DNA of 63,750 nt, the filler included, from Licmophora abbreviata (taxonomy: Eukaryota), in the NCBI GenBank assembly GCA_900291995.1. It is 9 parts of 9 records of this genome, joined end to end, with 100 filler letters (N's around TTAATTAATTAA, not from the genome) between each part and the next. Parts side by side here need not be neighbours in the genome. Positions count along the whole stretch, not along the records: positions 28,179 to 39,109 come from OLMU01005328.1; positions 39,210 to 43,728 come from OLMU01005329.1; positions 43,829 to 58,884 come from OLMU01005330.1; 6 more parts are not named here. One strand, given 5' to 3'. A program made the position numbers and the translations under genes. This document shows, piece by piece, positions 32,202 to 45,739 of this stretch; within the stretch, counting starts at the first letter, position 1; each line of letters begins with the position of its first letter. The notes under the pieces were generated by a model. It did not search any database. It was not told the DNA's origin and saw only the letters and a program-made list of their open reading frames with translations.

Positions 32202-33416
32202 CTAAATTATTACACTCCATCCTTCGGGCCCATCTTTCTTTCCATATTGGATAGCAGTGATTTCATCCCAGAATCGGTTTGTCAAAGCTCCAGTCGCATG
32301 TATCTCGATATCTTCTCCCTTGTACTGGATGCACGATATGGGAGACACAACCGCCGCAGTTCCGGCTCCAAAAGCTTCCAAGAGTCGTCCTTCTTGTGCC
32401 GCATCTCTCACCTCTGGCATGGTTAGGAATCGTTCAGACACGTCGAACTCATTCCATAGACGCCCCAACTCTAGAATAGACTGTCGCGTAACTCCGGGAA
32501 GTATGTCCCCCCGGCTCAATGGCGGCGTGACGAGTTCCTTATTTCCTGTCTCTCGATTGACCATGAAAAAGAATACATTCATCGCCCCAACTTCAGTAAT
32601 GGAATCGTTTTCTCCAAAGAGCCACAGGACCTGTTGATATCCGTCTTGGGCTGCAAGCTGTGCAGGCTTCATGGTCGGCGCATAGTTTCCAGCAAGCTTG
32701 TACGCTCCCACACCCCCTGGCCATGCTCGTACGAAGGGAGAGTTGGCAGTCAGTCGAACAGGAGCAAATCCACCCTTGTAGTAGGGTCCTACGGGACTTG
32801 TAATGACGTAGAGCAAGATACTAGTGGGAGCCGCGAGACCCAAAAAGGGGTGTGTGGCAATCACGGTTGGTCGCAAGTACAGCGAATATCCGTCTCCGTC
32901 TGGAATCCACTTCTCATCTACTCTCACCAGTTCAGCAATACATTGAGTCAGTTCATGTGGATCAAAATTAGATCCTGGCATCTGGAGTCGCTCCATGGAC
33001 GAGGCGAGTCGCCACATGTTGCGGTCAGGTCGAAAGAGACGGAGCGATTGATTGGCATCGGTTGCCCTGTAGGCCTTCATTCCTTCAAAACACGCCAAAC
33101 CATATTGAAGAGAGGACGCGGCAGGAGACAAGTGCAAATCCTGGTACGGAACAATCCTAGGTGCGCCCCAGCCGCCGTCGTTCCATTCGACCATGAGCAT
33201 GTGGTCGGCAAAGGTGGTACCGAATGTAAGCTCTTCTTTTGGGGGGCGAATTTCGAATCTCGACCTGTCAGTCGTCTGTTGAATGGTCAATTGAGAAGAA
33301 GAGATACAGCGGAGCTGTTGCCGAGTCGCTTTCTTGTACACCGCTAGTTCAGAGTAGCATCGCACGGTCCTTCCCCGTTTCAGAAGAGTGGCAGCGACAC
33401 CGAATAATGAGGTCAT
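32202..33416 (-). CDS. BCAT: Branched-chain amino acid aminotransferase, probably mitochondrial
   Basis: FGTTFADHM, LQYGLACFEGMKAY, LYLRP, YKLAGNYAP (PLP lysine), EVGAMN, ILPGVTR and EAFGAGTAAVVSP, with an N-terminal transit-like peptide. Confidence 0.95.
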   Translation of the reverse strand: MTSLFGVAATLLKRGRTVRCYSELAVYKKATRQQLRCISSSQLTIQQTTDRSRFEIRPPKEELTFGTTFADHMLMVEWNDGGWGAPRIVPYQDLHLSPAASSLQYGLACFEGMKAYRATDANQSLRLFRPDRNMWRLASSMERLQMPGSNFDPHELTQCIAELVRVDEKWIPDGDGYSLYLRPTVIATHPFLGLAAPTSILLYVITSPVGPYYKGGFAPVRLTANSPFVRAWPGGVGAYKLAGNYAPTMKPAQLAAQDGYQQVLWLFGENDSITEVGAMNVFFFMVNRETGNKELVTPPLSRGDILPGVTRQSILELGRLWNEFDVSERFLTMPEVRDAAQEGRLLEAFGAGTAAVVSPISCIQYKGEDIEIHATGALTNRFWDEITAIQYGKKDGPEGWSVII

Positions 33417-33977
33417 TCTGGTGGCGTGGGGTGCGTGCGAGCAGGTCTTTGAATTTCAATTTTTGCTTTTTCGTGTCTGTCGTAGTGCAGCAGTGCAGCG
33501 GGGCTCGTGGATTATAAAGAGCACTTTGAAGGTCAGTCCTGACGACACAGTGGTAGGCGCAACGAGACCAAGCCAAGAACGATCTAAGGAACGATCCTGA
33601 TGGTGATGATTGGATAGTTGACTGCTGTTGTGTCGTCGATCAACAGCGCATCATCATCATTAACGAAAAGCGAAAAGACGCACAGCAGAAGAACTGAGGC
33701 GCACTAAGGATTTCACTGCAGTATACAAATTGTGTACAAAATATCGTAGCGTCGAAATTTGAAACGTGAGGGATAACTTGCCGTACAAAACTACGAGTAT
33801 GTCGTAGCGGTACCAGGTAACTTAAAACTGTTGTCAAAAATTACTATTAACACGGTTTTAAACTGTCTGTCGCATTCGGTGTGTGATGTTGCAACACCAG
33901 GATTCACACAGGAATAGACCAGGCCGTACTGTAGCGCCTCTATTTTGCATCTCTCTTTCACTACTGTCTTTCTCATA

Positions 33978-34604
33978 ATGAGTTTATCGTTTGTATCGTC
34001 GGCGGTGTTATCGTCTACAGACGGAGTATCGCACAACGAAGAAAAGTCCATTGAAAGCGAAGAAGTGCAGGCGCTTCGCGGCAAGCAGTCGCACAAACCT
34101 CTCTTTGAACAGCTCCGATCCAATCAAGAAGAAGATGACATGAAACGAGAAGAGTTTCAGCGACAAATGATGAGAGGAACGAGAGCATTGGACGAAGAAG
34201 ACTGTGCTCACCTGGATGCTGTAACGAAACAAAGGCAAGATCGGGATCATGAAATTTGGACGCGAACCGAAGAGGAGCTCGCACTCTTTCGTGCTGCCAA
34301 GGCGGAACGAGAGCAGGACGAACTCGTAGTTGACGATGGCAGCGACGATGAAGTGAAAGGGGGTAAAGAACCGAAGACTGTGCAGTCAGAACGTCAGCCA
34401 TTGAAGAAGTCCTTTGTTCCAGTTATCGTGTCCAAGCGAAAGCGTCGCCATCCCGAAAAGGAGATGCAATCGAGAAAGAAGCCACCGATCGTGACTGCGG
34501 TTGTTGAAAAAGCAACAGAACAAGAAGCAATCCAAAAAGACGGGGGGGCTGGGCTAGGAAGTCTACTGAGCGGATACGGATCGTCCGACGAAGACTTGGA
34601 TTGA
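33978..34604 (+). CDS. FAM192A/PSME3IP1 (NIP30)-like nuclear protein
   Basis: N-terminal SFVSS, KPLFEQL…RALDEED…EELALFR, basic NLS, and C-terminal LLSGYGSSDED. Confidence 0.7.
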   Translation: MSLSFVSSAVLSSTDGVSHNEEKSIESEEVQALRGKQSHKPLFEQLRSNQEEDDMKREEFQRQMMRGTRALDEEDCAHLDAVTKQRQDRDHEIWTRTEEELALFRAAKAEREQDELVVDDGSDDEVKGGKEPKTVQSERQPLKKSFVPVIVSKRKRRHPEKEMQSRKKPPIVTAVVEKATEQEAIQKDGGAGLGSLLSGYGSSDEDLD

Positions 34605-34633
34605 GCGGTGTTAATTGTGACTGTGGACTATAT

Positions 34634-35661
34634 TCAAGAAGTCAAAGTGACTACTTTTCCATCGACTTTTATACGCGTGGAGTAGGAGTGAATCTCCCGT
34701 GAGACTGCAGTCTTCAAGTTTTTTCGTTCCTCCTTGGAAATTCCCAGAGACTCCATTATTGCTCGTCGCAACGATTTCACTTTCATTGACCGATTCGGAG
34801 CTTTCTTTAGCGTCTGTTTCATTGCTTTTCTCAGTTTCTTTGAGCTTATTGTCGACGTGTTGCAAGTCGTCTTGTTGGGGATCTTGTTTGCTGCTGCTTT
34901 GCGGATTGCCGCTTCCTGATCCTCAGCCTTCGATCTTTCATTCTGTTTCGTGCGCAGTGCCTCTTCGTCCTTTCTTTTGGCATGTTCCTTTTCTCTCAAG
35001 CCCGCCAGATAATCCCACATGGATTGAACAATTGCAGTTTCTTGACTTCCTCTCAGATTCAACGAGTTGGATGTAAAATTGCGAAACTGCTTTGGTTTGC
35101 GAGGTACATTGTCCAAGGAGGCTACAACCTCGAGGTATTGACGAATCTCTAGCGGAGCATTCGGAACCGACGATACGATCAATTCCATCCAAATTTCCTG
35201 GGGATTCTGTTTCGGCTTTCCAGGACTGCTATAGTGGCTGCCACCTCGATACACGGACTTTTCATATCGCTCGGCCTCTGATACACACGAGGTGTGATTC
35301 CGATAGTCGTCTGCGGAGAAAGAAACAGAAAGAACGCACCGACGATATCAGCGATCATGACAAAAAAAGCAAGAAGGAAGTACAAAACGCAAAGCTGAGC
35401 TGAGACAGGACCGTCAGAGTTTAATTAAAACATGTTGATGCCTCCCATGGTATCATTGCTTGACCATTCGAGAACGCAAAGTGTGGATAAATCATGCGGC
35501 ACAGCATCGAAAAAGAGAAGGCGATCATACTCACCTCCGAAAAAGGATACGGAGCAATCAACGCAGCTGACGGAGATGCATCGACGACACCGACTAGCGT
35601 GTGAGTCTACTTGACTCTTCTTGAGCATGTCGCCGCAGCCGTCGCAGGCAAACACTACCAT
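34634..35661 (-). CDS. LYAR: LYAR-type C2HC zinc-finger nucleolar protein
   Basis: MVVFACDGCGDMLKK…H…C…CVDCSVSF, intron 35310-35534, then HTSCVSEAERYE and NVPRKPKQFRNF. One base is missing at ~35298. Confidence 0.85.
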
Positions 35662-35734
35662 GGTCGAGATTTCTCATCCAGGATCTATAGGCGAACATCT
35701 TTAGGGAAGTATCGAAGTTTCGTGGCTCGCAACG

Positions 35735-38700
35735 ATGGGTCATGAGTCACCATCATCAGGGGGGCTGTCGGAAGATGGAAGGACTTTCAAGTTGCAAAAT
35801 TTGTATGATATGTACAATTCACAAGATTTCAAAAGATCGCATCCATCAAAGAAGAGTATGTCAGAAACCAAGCGACGCCCCCGTTCGCCGGTCATGGCGT
35901 CGCCAAAGGAAGCTCTTTCCGTCGGCCCAGGGCTTTCACACGTTGGAGAGGCTGGTGCAGTGACTCTGCTGCTTTCCGACTGGTCCAATTTCGGGCTATC
36001 AGAACGAGTTTGCTATCATGTCGATCTGGTCAGAACGATAGTTAAATCTTTGGAAGCGACAGCGAACACTGCTTCAGAACTTCTTGAGAACGACGCATTT
36101 GAACCCAAATACGATACCGTGTGCGGAGTCGTTGGTTTGCTGGAATGTGTTCCCAAATTGGCGCCTCGCTACCACCGTCGCGCTCTAAAGAATGCCGTTC
36201 GAAGCTTCAACGGCAAGGCACGTCAAGTACGAACTAAACGCAGCATTCCAAGCTACGAACCGCCGACACTGCCGCTTCCCCTATCTCCGTCGACTCGTGT
36301 ATCCTTTTGCTACGAAATTACAAAGATTGCTTTTTGCTTGGATGCATCTCCTTCCTTGCTTTCGACGTTTGGTGGACAGGGATCCGACGACAATGTTTGT
36401 TGTGCTCTGGATCGCCTCTCGAGTATGGTTGACACGTTTTTTCAGAGTTTGGTTGAGCCAGTACAAACACCTTTCTTGGATGGATCAAGTACCTCAAAGT
36501 CAATATGGAGACCAATTTTGGCTGTCACAGTCGTTGCGGTATTCCCCAGAGGGACAGGACCTAGCGATACTCGACTGCTGGTTCGAGACTTTCGCGTACA
36601 CGACAAGCAGTCAGCCGCAGCTTTGTCGCGGCACATTTCCAAGTGGGCGTTGGGAGAGATCGAGAATGAAATTACAGCTCGACTGACTCATGGAGGAACG
36701 ACATTCTCTTCTCCCCTCCTAGGGTACGACAGTTGGAAATTTTCCACGTACTCGACTTCCCTGAATGATATTTTTGATGCAGGGGATGTGGCTCTTAGTC
36801 TTCTCCCTTCCCATGCTCGGCCAATCATCGTATTGGCCACAGATTGTCGATCAGTTGTTTCTGAAAGTATCCTAGATGTTTTTGTTGACGATAATCGAGT
36901 TGATACGCCGCTTATTGTGTTGAATCTGTCCAATCCGTCGTCGCCACTGCCTTCGCTGGATGTTGATGAAGGTATGACATCCGACTCTGCATTTCTTTCG
37001 AAGGACATGAGCGGGGCGTTCAATTTTCCACTTCATCTCTCAGATGAAAGCGAACTGCTCTACAGTATCAGCAAGGCCACAGGGGGGTGTTTTATGGATG
37101 AGCCTCTTCTCGAAGAAGCGGCGTCAGCCTACGCTGGGACAGTTTCTGCCATGTCAAGTTTGGCGTCTGATCCGTACTTTTCTTTTCGACGGCGCACTCT
37201 GCGGCTAAATGGAGTCCAAAATTATGTTTTATTCTCCCTATCACCACTCACCCCATTGTCTCATCAGACTTGGGGAAATCTGGCAGCTCCACTGAGTCTG
37301 CGAAACAAACTTGGAGCTGGGCGCGGTAAACCCGCTCTCGTCTCAAGAGAAAGCACCTTCGACCGAGTAGGGTCTGCAATTTCGCTTACAAGGTACGAGA
37401 ATGCATGGTGCACAAACAAATTAGAACCCCTCAGATCAATGAAACTCACACGCTTCCTGCTGAACCCGACCCTCGCCAGATCTGACAACGGTCGCTCCCC
37501 TTTCGAGGTGGATGGCAGACCGGACCAGTCGGAGAGGCTCTTGCAGAAAGCCTTTTCCGCATACATTGTATCACCGGTGCCGGTCAAGAATTTGCTCTTG
37601 ATGCGAATCAAGGAAGGCTACCGCGTGAAGCAGTACGGACAGAGCACACAGGACTCCGACAAGCTGTCGGTGCAGCTGACACTGCCCCTCGAGCTTGATA
37701 CAAAGATTCATTACGAAGTATCGTACACTGGAATAAACGAGCATAGTCCAATGGTTGGCGTGGCGCATATAAAGATCGAACTTTCTGGCGAGGCTCGATT
37801 CATTCAGCTGGTCAAGAATGACTTTCTGTTTAGTGCGAGCTCCCAAAGCACGAGGCGCCCGACCACTGTCGCGAAAAAGAACTCCGAGAGACTGTGCAAA
37901 GTTCTTCGTTCCTTGCGAAGAGAGGACTATCTCCAAGCTTACTTGTCTCCCTTGTCTTGGGTAGACAAATTCTCGGGTCCAGAGAGTGCCTTTGCTCGAA
38001 GGCTAGGGACGTTGACTAATCACCAAAGGCGGCGTCATTTCCGAATCGACGAATTCGATGTGGTTTGCGTGGGGCGAATGCCATATGAGCGAGACGAAAA
38101 CTTGCTACTGAGTGAGTTCGTCGACGAAAGCGGTCACGAAGAGCTTGTTGGGGCTTTATCTACATGGGCTTCGCACACTTTCAATGAGAGGACATTTGTC
38201 AAGAAATCGAAAGACGAGTTCACCGCCTACTGCGTTGTGGAAGTCAGTCCATCTGAGTATGCTTCGCGTTTGTCCACGATTAAGGTCGAAAGTTTCGGGG
38301 TTGGGAACGCCTCCCTGAGATTGCTCTTTCTTGGATCATTGCGGAATGCTCTTAGTGCGTTGAATAGCGTCACTGTACTGAGAAAACAGATGAACGACTA
38401 CTTGGTAGGTCTGCGAAACCCGCTTAATCCTGAATTCCGACTGCTACGAAAGCATCGCTTCTTGGAGAGCCATTTCCACCATGAATGCTGGAAAGGCGTA
38501 AAGGATCCTGAACTTCTTGCACTCCTAACTCGGCGCCGAAGTGAGGTTGGGGAGTTCTGGCTTCTCCATTCGAGCGATCTCTATTCGTTGTTCGCAAAGC
38601 TTGTATGCGTCGACAACGGCAGACTCGTCACTGCAGATGTTTCGAACACTGCAGATTCGTCGTCCTCAGATTTATATCAGGTCCAGTACCAGATTGCGGT

Positions 38701-41700
38701 TCTGGGGGATACAGTTGTTATCGATATGCATGTCGAGCGAGAGCAGGGCGTCATTCTTGTCGAATCAAGAAACACCAATCTGTTGCTCGACATATTCAAC
38801 CGTGTCAAGAAACATGACCAGGAGTGTGGAAAGGCACTAAGAAGTCGGACAACTTACTCGGCGTGTTTGATCAGGAACCGGCTGCTACTAGTCCGGGCGT
38901 TTCTCGGAGGTATGTGGCAGACGCTGAGCGCCTTTTGAGATATGCATCCCAGGACACGCGAACACTGAGGTTCTTCCGTGAAGCCCTCACAGCCAACCTT
39001 GAGCTTGCTGAGTTGACGACCCACTCCATTATCACATGCTCTCTCGCCAAGAGAGTTTCAAGGCTACCGATTGGGGAAATCAACGGGTACGGTATCGGGC
39101 CTGGCCAATNNNNNNNNNNNNNNNNNNNNNNNNNNNNNNNNNNNNNNNNNNNNTTAATTAATTAANNNNNNNNNNNNNNNNNNNNNNNNNNNNNNNNNNN
39201 NNNNNNNNNACCGATTGGGGAAATCAACGGGTACGGTATCGGGCCTGGCCAATGGTTCGTAATCGAGTTTGACTGGCATACCATCAGTTTACTTCATCTT
39301 TCAACGGATGACTCGGATGCTGTAGCGAATGAGGAGCCGGCCGCAGGGATGCGCGTCCTTTCCTTTTTTACGATTGGTGTGAGCGACCTATATTGCAAGA
39401 GGGACGTTGTTGCGGACGACGATTCAACAAATGACCATATAAGCGAGTACCTATGCGTAACCGAGTTCGCCGATGCGATTGAAACATTGCATGATGAGAA
39501 CTATGCGCTCGCCGCATATTTCGCGCTACGGACTGACCACTCTGACGACCAGTGTATACTTCACCAAGATGATTTTGGATTCGTGCTTGACCAAATCTCA
39601 TTTGTTCCAGCTGCAGTTGTCGCAGTGGAAGCTGGGCGACCCAATGGAATAAGTGGCGAATGTCGACTGACTAGCGTGATCGGAAACATTTTGAAGTCAG
39701 TTCCGGGTGATGAATACTACATGTTTTTTAGTGAAAAGGAAGACACTATCATTCACAACTTGGACGGCTTGACAACTTTCGAGGGGGGCAACTCCCTTGA
39801 TGCCGATATCGATTCCTTCATTGAAGGGCAAAATCGACAGGTGCAAGAGCCCGTAGGCGATGATGTCTTCCTCTCTGATGGAGAAGTGTCTCACACTTCG
39901 GGGCCAGAATTCCAATTGTCTTCAGATGGTGGCTCGAGCAGTGCATCGTCGCTGTTGCTGCCTAATATCTCACCCGTCTTCGTGTATTTCACGCTAGATG
40001 GGAAAAGAACTCAGTTCCAAAATCTAGACAAAATCGACCAAGACTCAAATTTGATTGCGCACATTTCCCTGTTTGCAAGAGCCGACGAAGACAGAGGTAC
40101 GAATCTGATCGATCGGACAAGATTTGTAGGAATGCACAGAGTTCTCGCTGTTGAGCTGCAGGCTCTTCTTGATTCGCATGTGGCGGATCGGGCGCTCGAC
40201 AAGCTGATGCACGCTCGTCAATATACAAACTATGAGTTCCAGACGGCTGCACGGCTCATGATGAATTCGCGGAGTGTTGGAGTGTCTTCAGTCAACATTA
40301 GCTTCTACATTTCTCGCACTGATCACCTGCAGGCTTCCTCGGCGCTGACAGGTAGAGACGCGGATAGAGATGTCGGTTTTTCATTACTTGAGGCAGAGAT
40401 CCAGGACAGTGCGTCTCTTGTCGTCACCTCCGTATCTCCCGGGAAGTTTGCGGTTGACAGGAATCGTGGCTCCTCCTCAATTTTGCCATTTTGGTGCTTC
40501 ATTATCGTCAACCGACCATCAGGAGTTGTCACGATCGAAGTATATCACTCAGAAGGGCCATCGGTGGTAGCATCGGTATCTACAATTGTGTGCCGTCACG
40601 TTGAGGACTCATGCCATCGAGTCAATCAGATTCTCATGCTTCGGAGGTAGGTTCTTTGAAGAATGCGGATTATACTCTTCGATAGGAGAATGTTTCTCAG
40701 CCCAAACTGTGCTTCTTTTAAAATCAGCTTGCATCGTAACAGAATCGCGAGCGAACTTCTGATTCCGCTGGGTGACACGGGTAACTCGATAGCATCTAGT
40801 CTGGATAAGACTGGAAACACGGCAGAGGTAGGAAGCATAATTGACGTCGACTTTTCGTGTCCCGTTCAGTTCAGAACGAGTTATCTACTATATCACAGAT
40901 GCACCGCTGCCCAAGCAGTCATCATGCTTGAGGCTGACGCTCTCCATAGCTTTGCGGTGCTGAATCGGCGAGGCTATTTTGTGTACAAGGATGAGTTTGA
41001 TGCTATCTTCTACTTGAGATTGTTGGGAAAATCGTCGGGTGCAAACAAAGATGAGGTTGAATTTGTAGTTCACGGCCTCAGACTGCCCGGAGAGTCGTTG
41101 ACAAAGCAGCTGAATATGCTGCTGGGACATCGACTGCTGACTTTGGGAATAGAATCACTTTCTTCTGTACTAACGAAGAATCCCCATTTCAACTGGAAGC
41201 ATGACGACATTGACTTTGTGCGGTCGTTCCGAGATGCTTGGGAGCTACTCGGCGACGAGACAGGACAAAACCCTTTGGAAAGGGAACGGAGCTACGCTTT
41301 ACCCGTACACCTATATGATCCAACCATGTTTCTGGTTTACTTCCGTCAGAATCTGTGTGGCTCAACCTTTTTTCATCCTCTTCATGAAATAGTATCTGGT
41401 AGCGACGACAAGAGCCTTTCGCTATCTCTCTCGGACGACGAAACTCTGGGTTCAAGCCCATACGTACCATTCGATCGACATGACTTCTCTTTTTTCTATA
41501 ATCACTCCCCGGTAAGCCTTGATCTCGACTTAAAGCTATCGTATTCTGCTCGCCACTTGCAGTAACATCACACGTTCTCTACCTGTCATGCTCGTTCAGT
41601 CACCGCTTGACCCAGAATTGCAGCCCGTGTGTACGCTCACAGCCAAAGGCGAGCAATACTCACGCGAGACTGGCACAGGCATTGCGCTAATTGAAGTAGA

Positions 41701-44700
41701 ACTACTCAATGGAGATAAATTGCTTGTAGCTGGACTGAATGCAGGCGAAGCACCGGTCAAGGGAAGGTCGCTCAAAGCAAACGACGCTGCCTTGCGTCTT
41801 AGGGAGAAGCACGACATTTCGGAAGGGCATTGCTCCCAGTCGCAGTACCTTATTCGAGTTCGAATTGTTGGCACTGTAATCAATTGCGGCGTTCTACATC
41901 AATGGATTTTATTGACACTAAATCAGGTACTTGCTGCGTGGTGTATCGAGCGGCATTTGCAGTGGACTCGGCCTCTTGTAGCTCAGGCGGCTCTGACCCC
42001 GGTCCTTGTTGACACCACGGGTCGCTCAGCAAGTGACGAACACCTGGAGAACGACGAGACTAGGATTATTGACTACTTTTTCCCAGGATTCGAACTTCTA
42101 CGGGATATTATGGAGGTTTCGGTCGACTTACCGCATCCGGCAATTGAGGGCACTACCATGACTGGTATGGTGAGAGCGTCATCGGCTTCTAAAATGACTG
42201 TTGAGCTTCTAGACACAATAATTGGCCAGCTTCAACAGGATAAGAAGCAGGGCTTTTCAATAGCTTCGCCACTTGATTTGAGTACAGATGAGCTTTGTCT
42301 TTTGCGACTTTCGCGTGACAGAAAGCCTCAGAAGGTCCGACTCTCTCGAGATTCCAAACGCCGGGCCTATATGCTCCAAGATGAATCGGGCGCTACGTTG
42401 CGGGACAGTCCAATCGAATGCCCAGAATATCTGTGCGTTTACAGTTTCAACTCATTTGCAGATGACACAAGCGGCAAGGAAAGCTTCCAGGCGCGACTAC
42501 CGATGCTCTTTCGTGAAGTGATGCCCGGTGATGGTTTGATTGACAGAAGGTCTGATATGACGGAAGCGCTTCTCTCACTGAAATCAAATCGACCGCATGC
42601 GTTCAGACGCTCTTTTGTGTTCATCCTTTCAGTGAAACGCAACCGGCGACGGCTCCTGACGTACAACTGGAACCCTCAGGTTCGAAAGAGGTAAGTGATG
42701 GGTTAGCGGGTACGTAAATCAACGCTGGTACGCATTGACTCATCGCTCCTCTCCGATCATTTCAAGCAGTGTCACGATGCGAATCATGGAAACGAACGCC
42801 GCTTATGTGTCGAACTCGGAAGCGGAAATCCACCGTCGACAGCAGCGGTCCCTGCACTTTCTGGCGCCACCAGTGGCAAAGCACGCTGCACATTCAAAGC
42901 CAACAAAGCGCACAGCTCCGGACTCAGGTGATCGACGATTCTTGACGGGAACGGACGGCACTGCTGCAAACCGTTCCATCCCAAACAGGTCAGACTCGAA
43001 ACCTACCAGCAAACAGCCGAAGCCTACAGGGCGGACGATAACACGCCCTACTATTCGACGTCCCACACTAGTAGGGAAATCGGTCGAAGGAGCCGCGCTA
43101 CAGGCGGTTGCTGCATCAAGAGCACGAGCCAGTGCCACAGGAAGCCGCCGCCCTTCACGGACAGGAAATCAGAAATCGCCTCGAGATCGGGGTACTACGG
43201 TCAAGGATCCGTCAGGTCGGAGTTCTGTCCGCCACAAAACGTCACCAATGCTCGCCTCGAGGAAGGATTCTGGTGCTGTGTCAGACCGACCTTCCAACAC
43301 TGAGAGCGATCGCCCTGGCGCTGCAACGAGCTTTCTGCCATTCTTGCGTCAGTACGCAATGGCAAAACCGCTTAATTTGTCGTTCTACCTTTCTTCACAG
43401 TCTCTTCAGACACTTTTGTCGAAATGGTGGATCAGAGCGTCCGAGAACGTGCACCCCTTTATTCGGCACTTCCTTCTAGCACGAGCACCGCCAATGTGGA
43501 GCAGTGCATTTCAGTTGTTTTCGCACCCGAAGGCAATCATTGAAAATTTTAGTGACTATTTTACACAGTGGCTCAGATTCTCCAACGAACAGCTCACATT
43601 CCTTCCCCTAGAAGAGAGCACGAACAAAATTGATTCTTCAGTCGAATCCCAACCTGTCGTCTCAAGTTCTGTCGTTGTTATCGAAATCAAGAAGTCGAAG
43701 CGTGCAAAACTATGCATCGCCTTGAGAANNNNNNNNNNNNNNNNNNNNNNNNNNNNNNNNNNNNNNNNNNNNTTAATTAATTAANNNNNNNNNNNNNNNN
43801 NNNNNNNNNNNNNNNNNNNNNNNNNNNNTCCGAACTAGCCGCTACCGATCGAAAGATAACCATCTCTTTTGCGATGCGTGGGCGCTGCTTCTGCCTCGTG
43901 AAGGGAAGCGCCCCGCCGAACCGAGGAGACTAAACAAGTCGGCTTTAAAAACCGAGAGAAGTGTTGCGCTTGTTGACGAGAAAGTAGCCGCATTGAAAGT
44001 ACGTCCGCCCTTTGTGACTTTTCTACATGGTATTGTCACGCCATATTCTCTCTCACACTTATTTACAATCCCTGCGCCTTCCAATGTGATCACGCCAGTT
44101 GAAAATGGATTTGGAAGTACAAGTTTTCAATTTTTCCGCTTTTCTGGTGCATAGATATCTACAGTCGGCCAACAAAGCCTGTACAGGTGGAGAGGTTCTT
44201 CCACTGCTTTACAGCATGATTGATCGGTACACCATTGGGCGTCAGCGTCGGTAAGCGATATTTTCAAGTCCGTGTTTGGTAATCCATGCAGACTGTTTGC
44301 CTCTCTCAAATTGCCCCCCTTTTTGAAACACTGTCAGATTGCCAGCACTAAAGTACAATGTTTTCAGGGCGGCGATTGTGTTAGCATCGTACGAGAACGC
44401 TCACATTGATCGGTTTGACGCCGTGACTCTTTATGACTATCTTCTCTCCCACGCCAGTGCGTTTGCATTGTCAAACTTGGCCGACGAAGGTTTGTGTTTC
44501 GAGGACAGGATTCTGGAATGCGGCACGATCTGTAAGTGAAATGCATTCTATGCATCGCACGTTGTTTGAAACGCGTTTCTTACTAGCTACTTTTCCCTTT
44601 CAGCTTATTGCTTTCTTGCTCACCAGGTGCCGGCTTCCAAAACTAAGTTGCAACTCGTACTTCTATGCAAAAATGAAGGACGCCAGATGGATGAGTTCTC

Positions 44701-45229
44701 GTTTCGCGAGGGTTCACCAGTCGCCGTCACGGTACTTGACAAGATCGTCGTGGCTGCGGCGGCTTTGGCCAGAGATGTGTTGCAGGCCGCTTCGCTCGAG
44801 ATCAACAGAATACTGATTTTTGAGAAGCTTTCGTCACAGACGCTGCCGCTGTACAAACCGTCCTACACGGAGCTGGAAGACCTACTCCATTTACGAAAAC
44901 CGCTGAGAAACGAGAATGAGCGATTGTATTCCCTGCTTTTCAGTCCTGAGAGTGGGATTGTGGCTGACTGGCACAAACTCGCCATTAGCATATCGAAAGA
45001 TTCGTCGTTCTCGCCGCACCACACGTTCAAGACGGACAGTGACACAATGTATTTGTTTTTTGTGAATTCTCTTCAGCTCTTTCTTTCGCTTGAAGTGTCA
45101 GACAAGGGAAATCTCCTGGGGGCAAGCGTATTGACAAAGAATGAAGATGCGCAAAGCGACGAGAATCGGAAGTTTGCTTTGCAGACTCTGGCGAATTTCG
45201 TTGTGCATTTTACTTGGCACAATTTGTGA
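35735..45229 (+). CDS. SZT2: SZT2-like (KICSTOR scaffold) very large multi-exon protein spanning two assembly gaps
   Basis: Chain of same-strand ORFs joined by GT-AG introns (e.g. ~40648, ~41512, ~42691, ~44532). FCLDASPS VWA-like motif, LMRIKEGY, HRCTA…LHSFAVLNR…FVY…IFYLRL and TYNW. Frameshift at ~38851. Exon boundaries are approximate. Confidence 0.7.
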
Positions 45230-45739
45230 TTGTGATGAGTCCAACGTCTTTGTGATGGAGGTATCGTTCGTTAACGAGGGTGATAGATATGTTACACCAC
45301 TGCGGTAGCGTTGACCAGAAGCGATTCTTCGTCCGGATGCACAGAGGGCCGAACCCCCGTTTGAAAATCGCCACCTTGTACCTGTCCCCGTACGTATAAC
45401 TATTTTTGTAGAATGATAGAAAGTCTGTACCAGGTACGGATGACGGTTAGGCACCTCCCAGCGTATCGAATGAAATGGGAAAGAGTCAAAAGTGAGATAA
45501 ATGTGACTGTAGGCGCCGGAATTGTTCTGGGCTTTGGGGGGGCTCGCGTGCGTCTCTATTATGTCGCGATGCATCTGATGTCTGATGGTATACGAGTAGA
45601 GCCGCCATGTCACGGTAGGCCAACAGCAGCACTGCTGTTTTGCTGTTAGTTCGTGATACGCGATTGCTGTGTTGGGAGATAGCACATGGTACCGGTTTTG
45701 GGTAGTCTACGCTTGCTCTTCATGCTCGTCTGCTGAACA

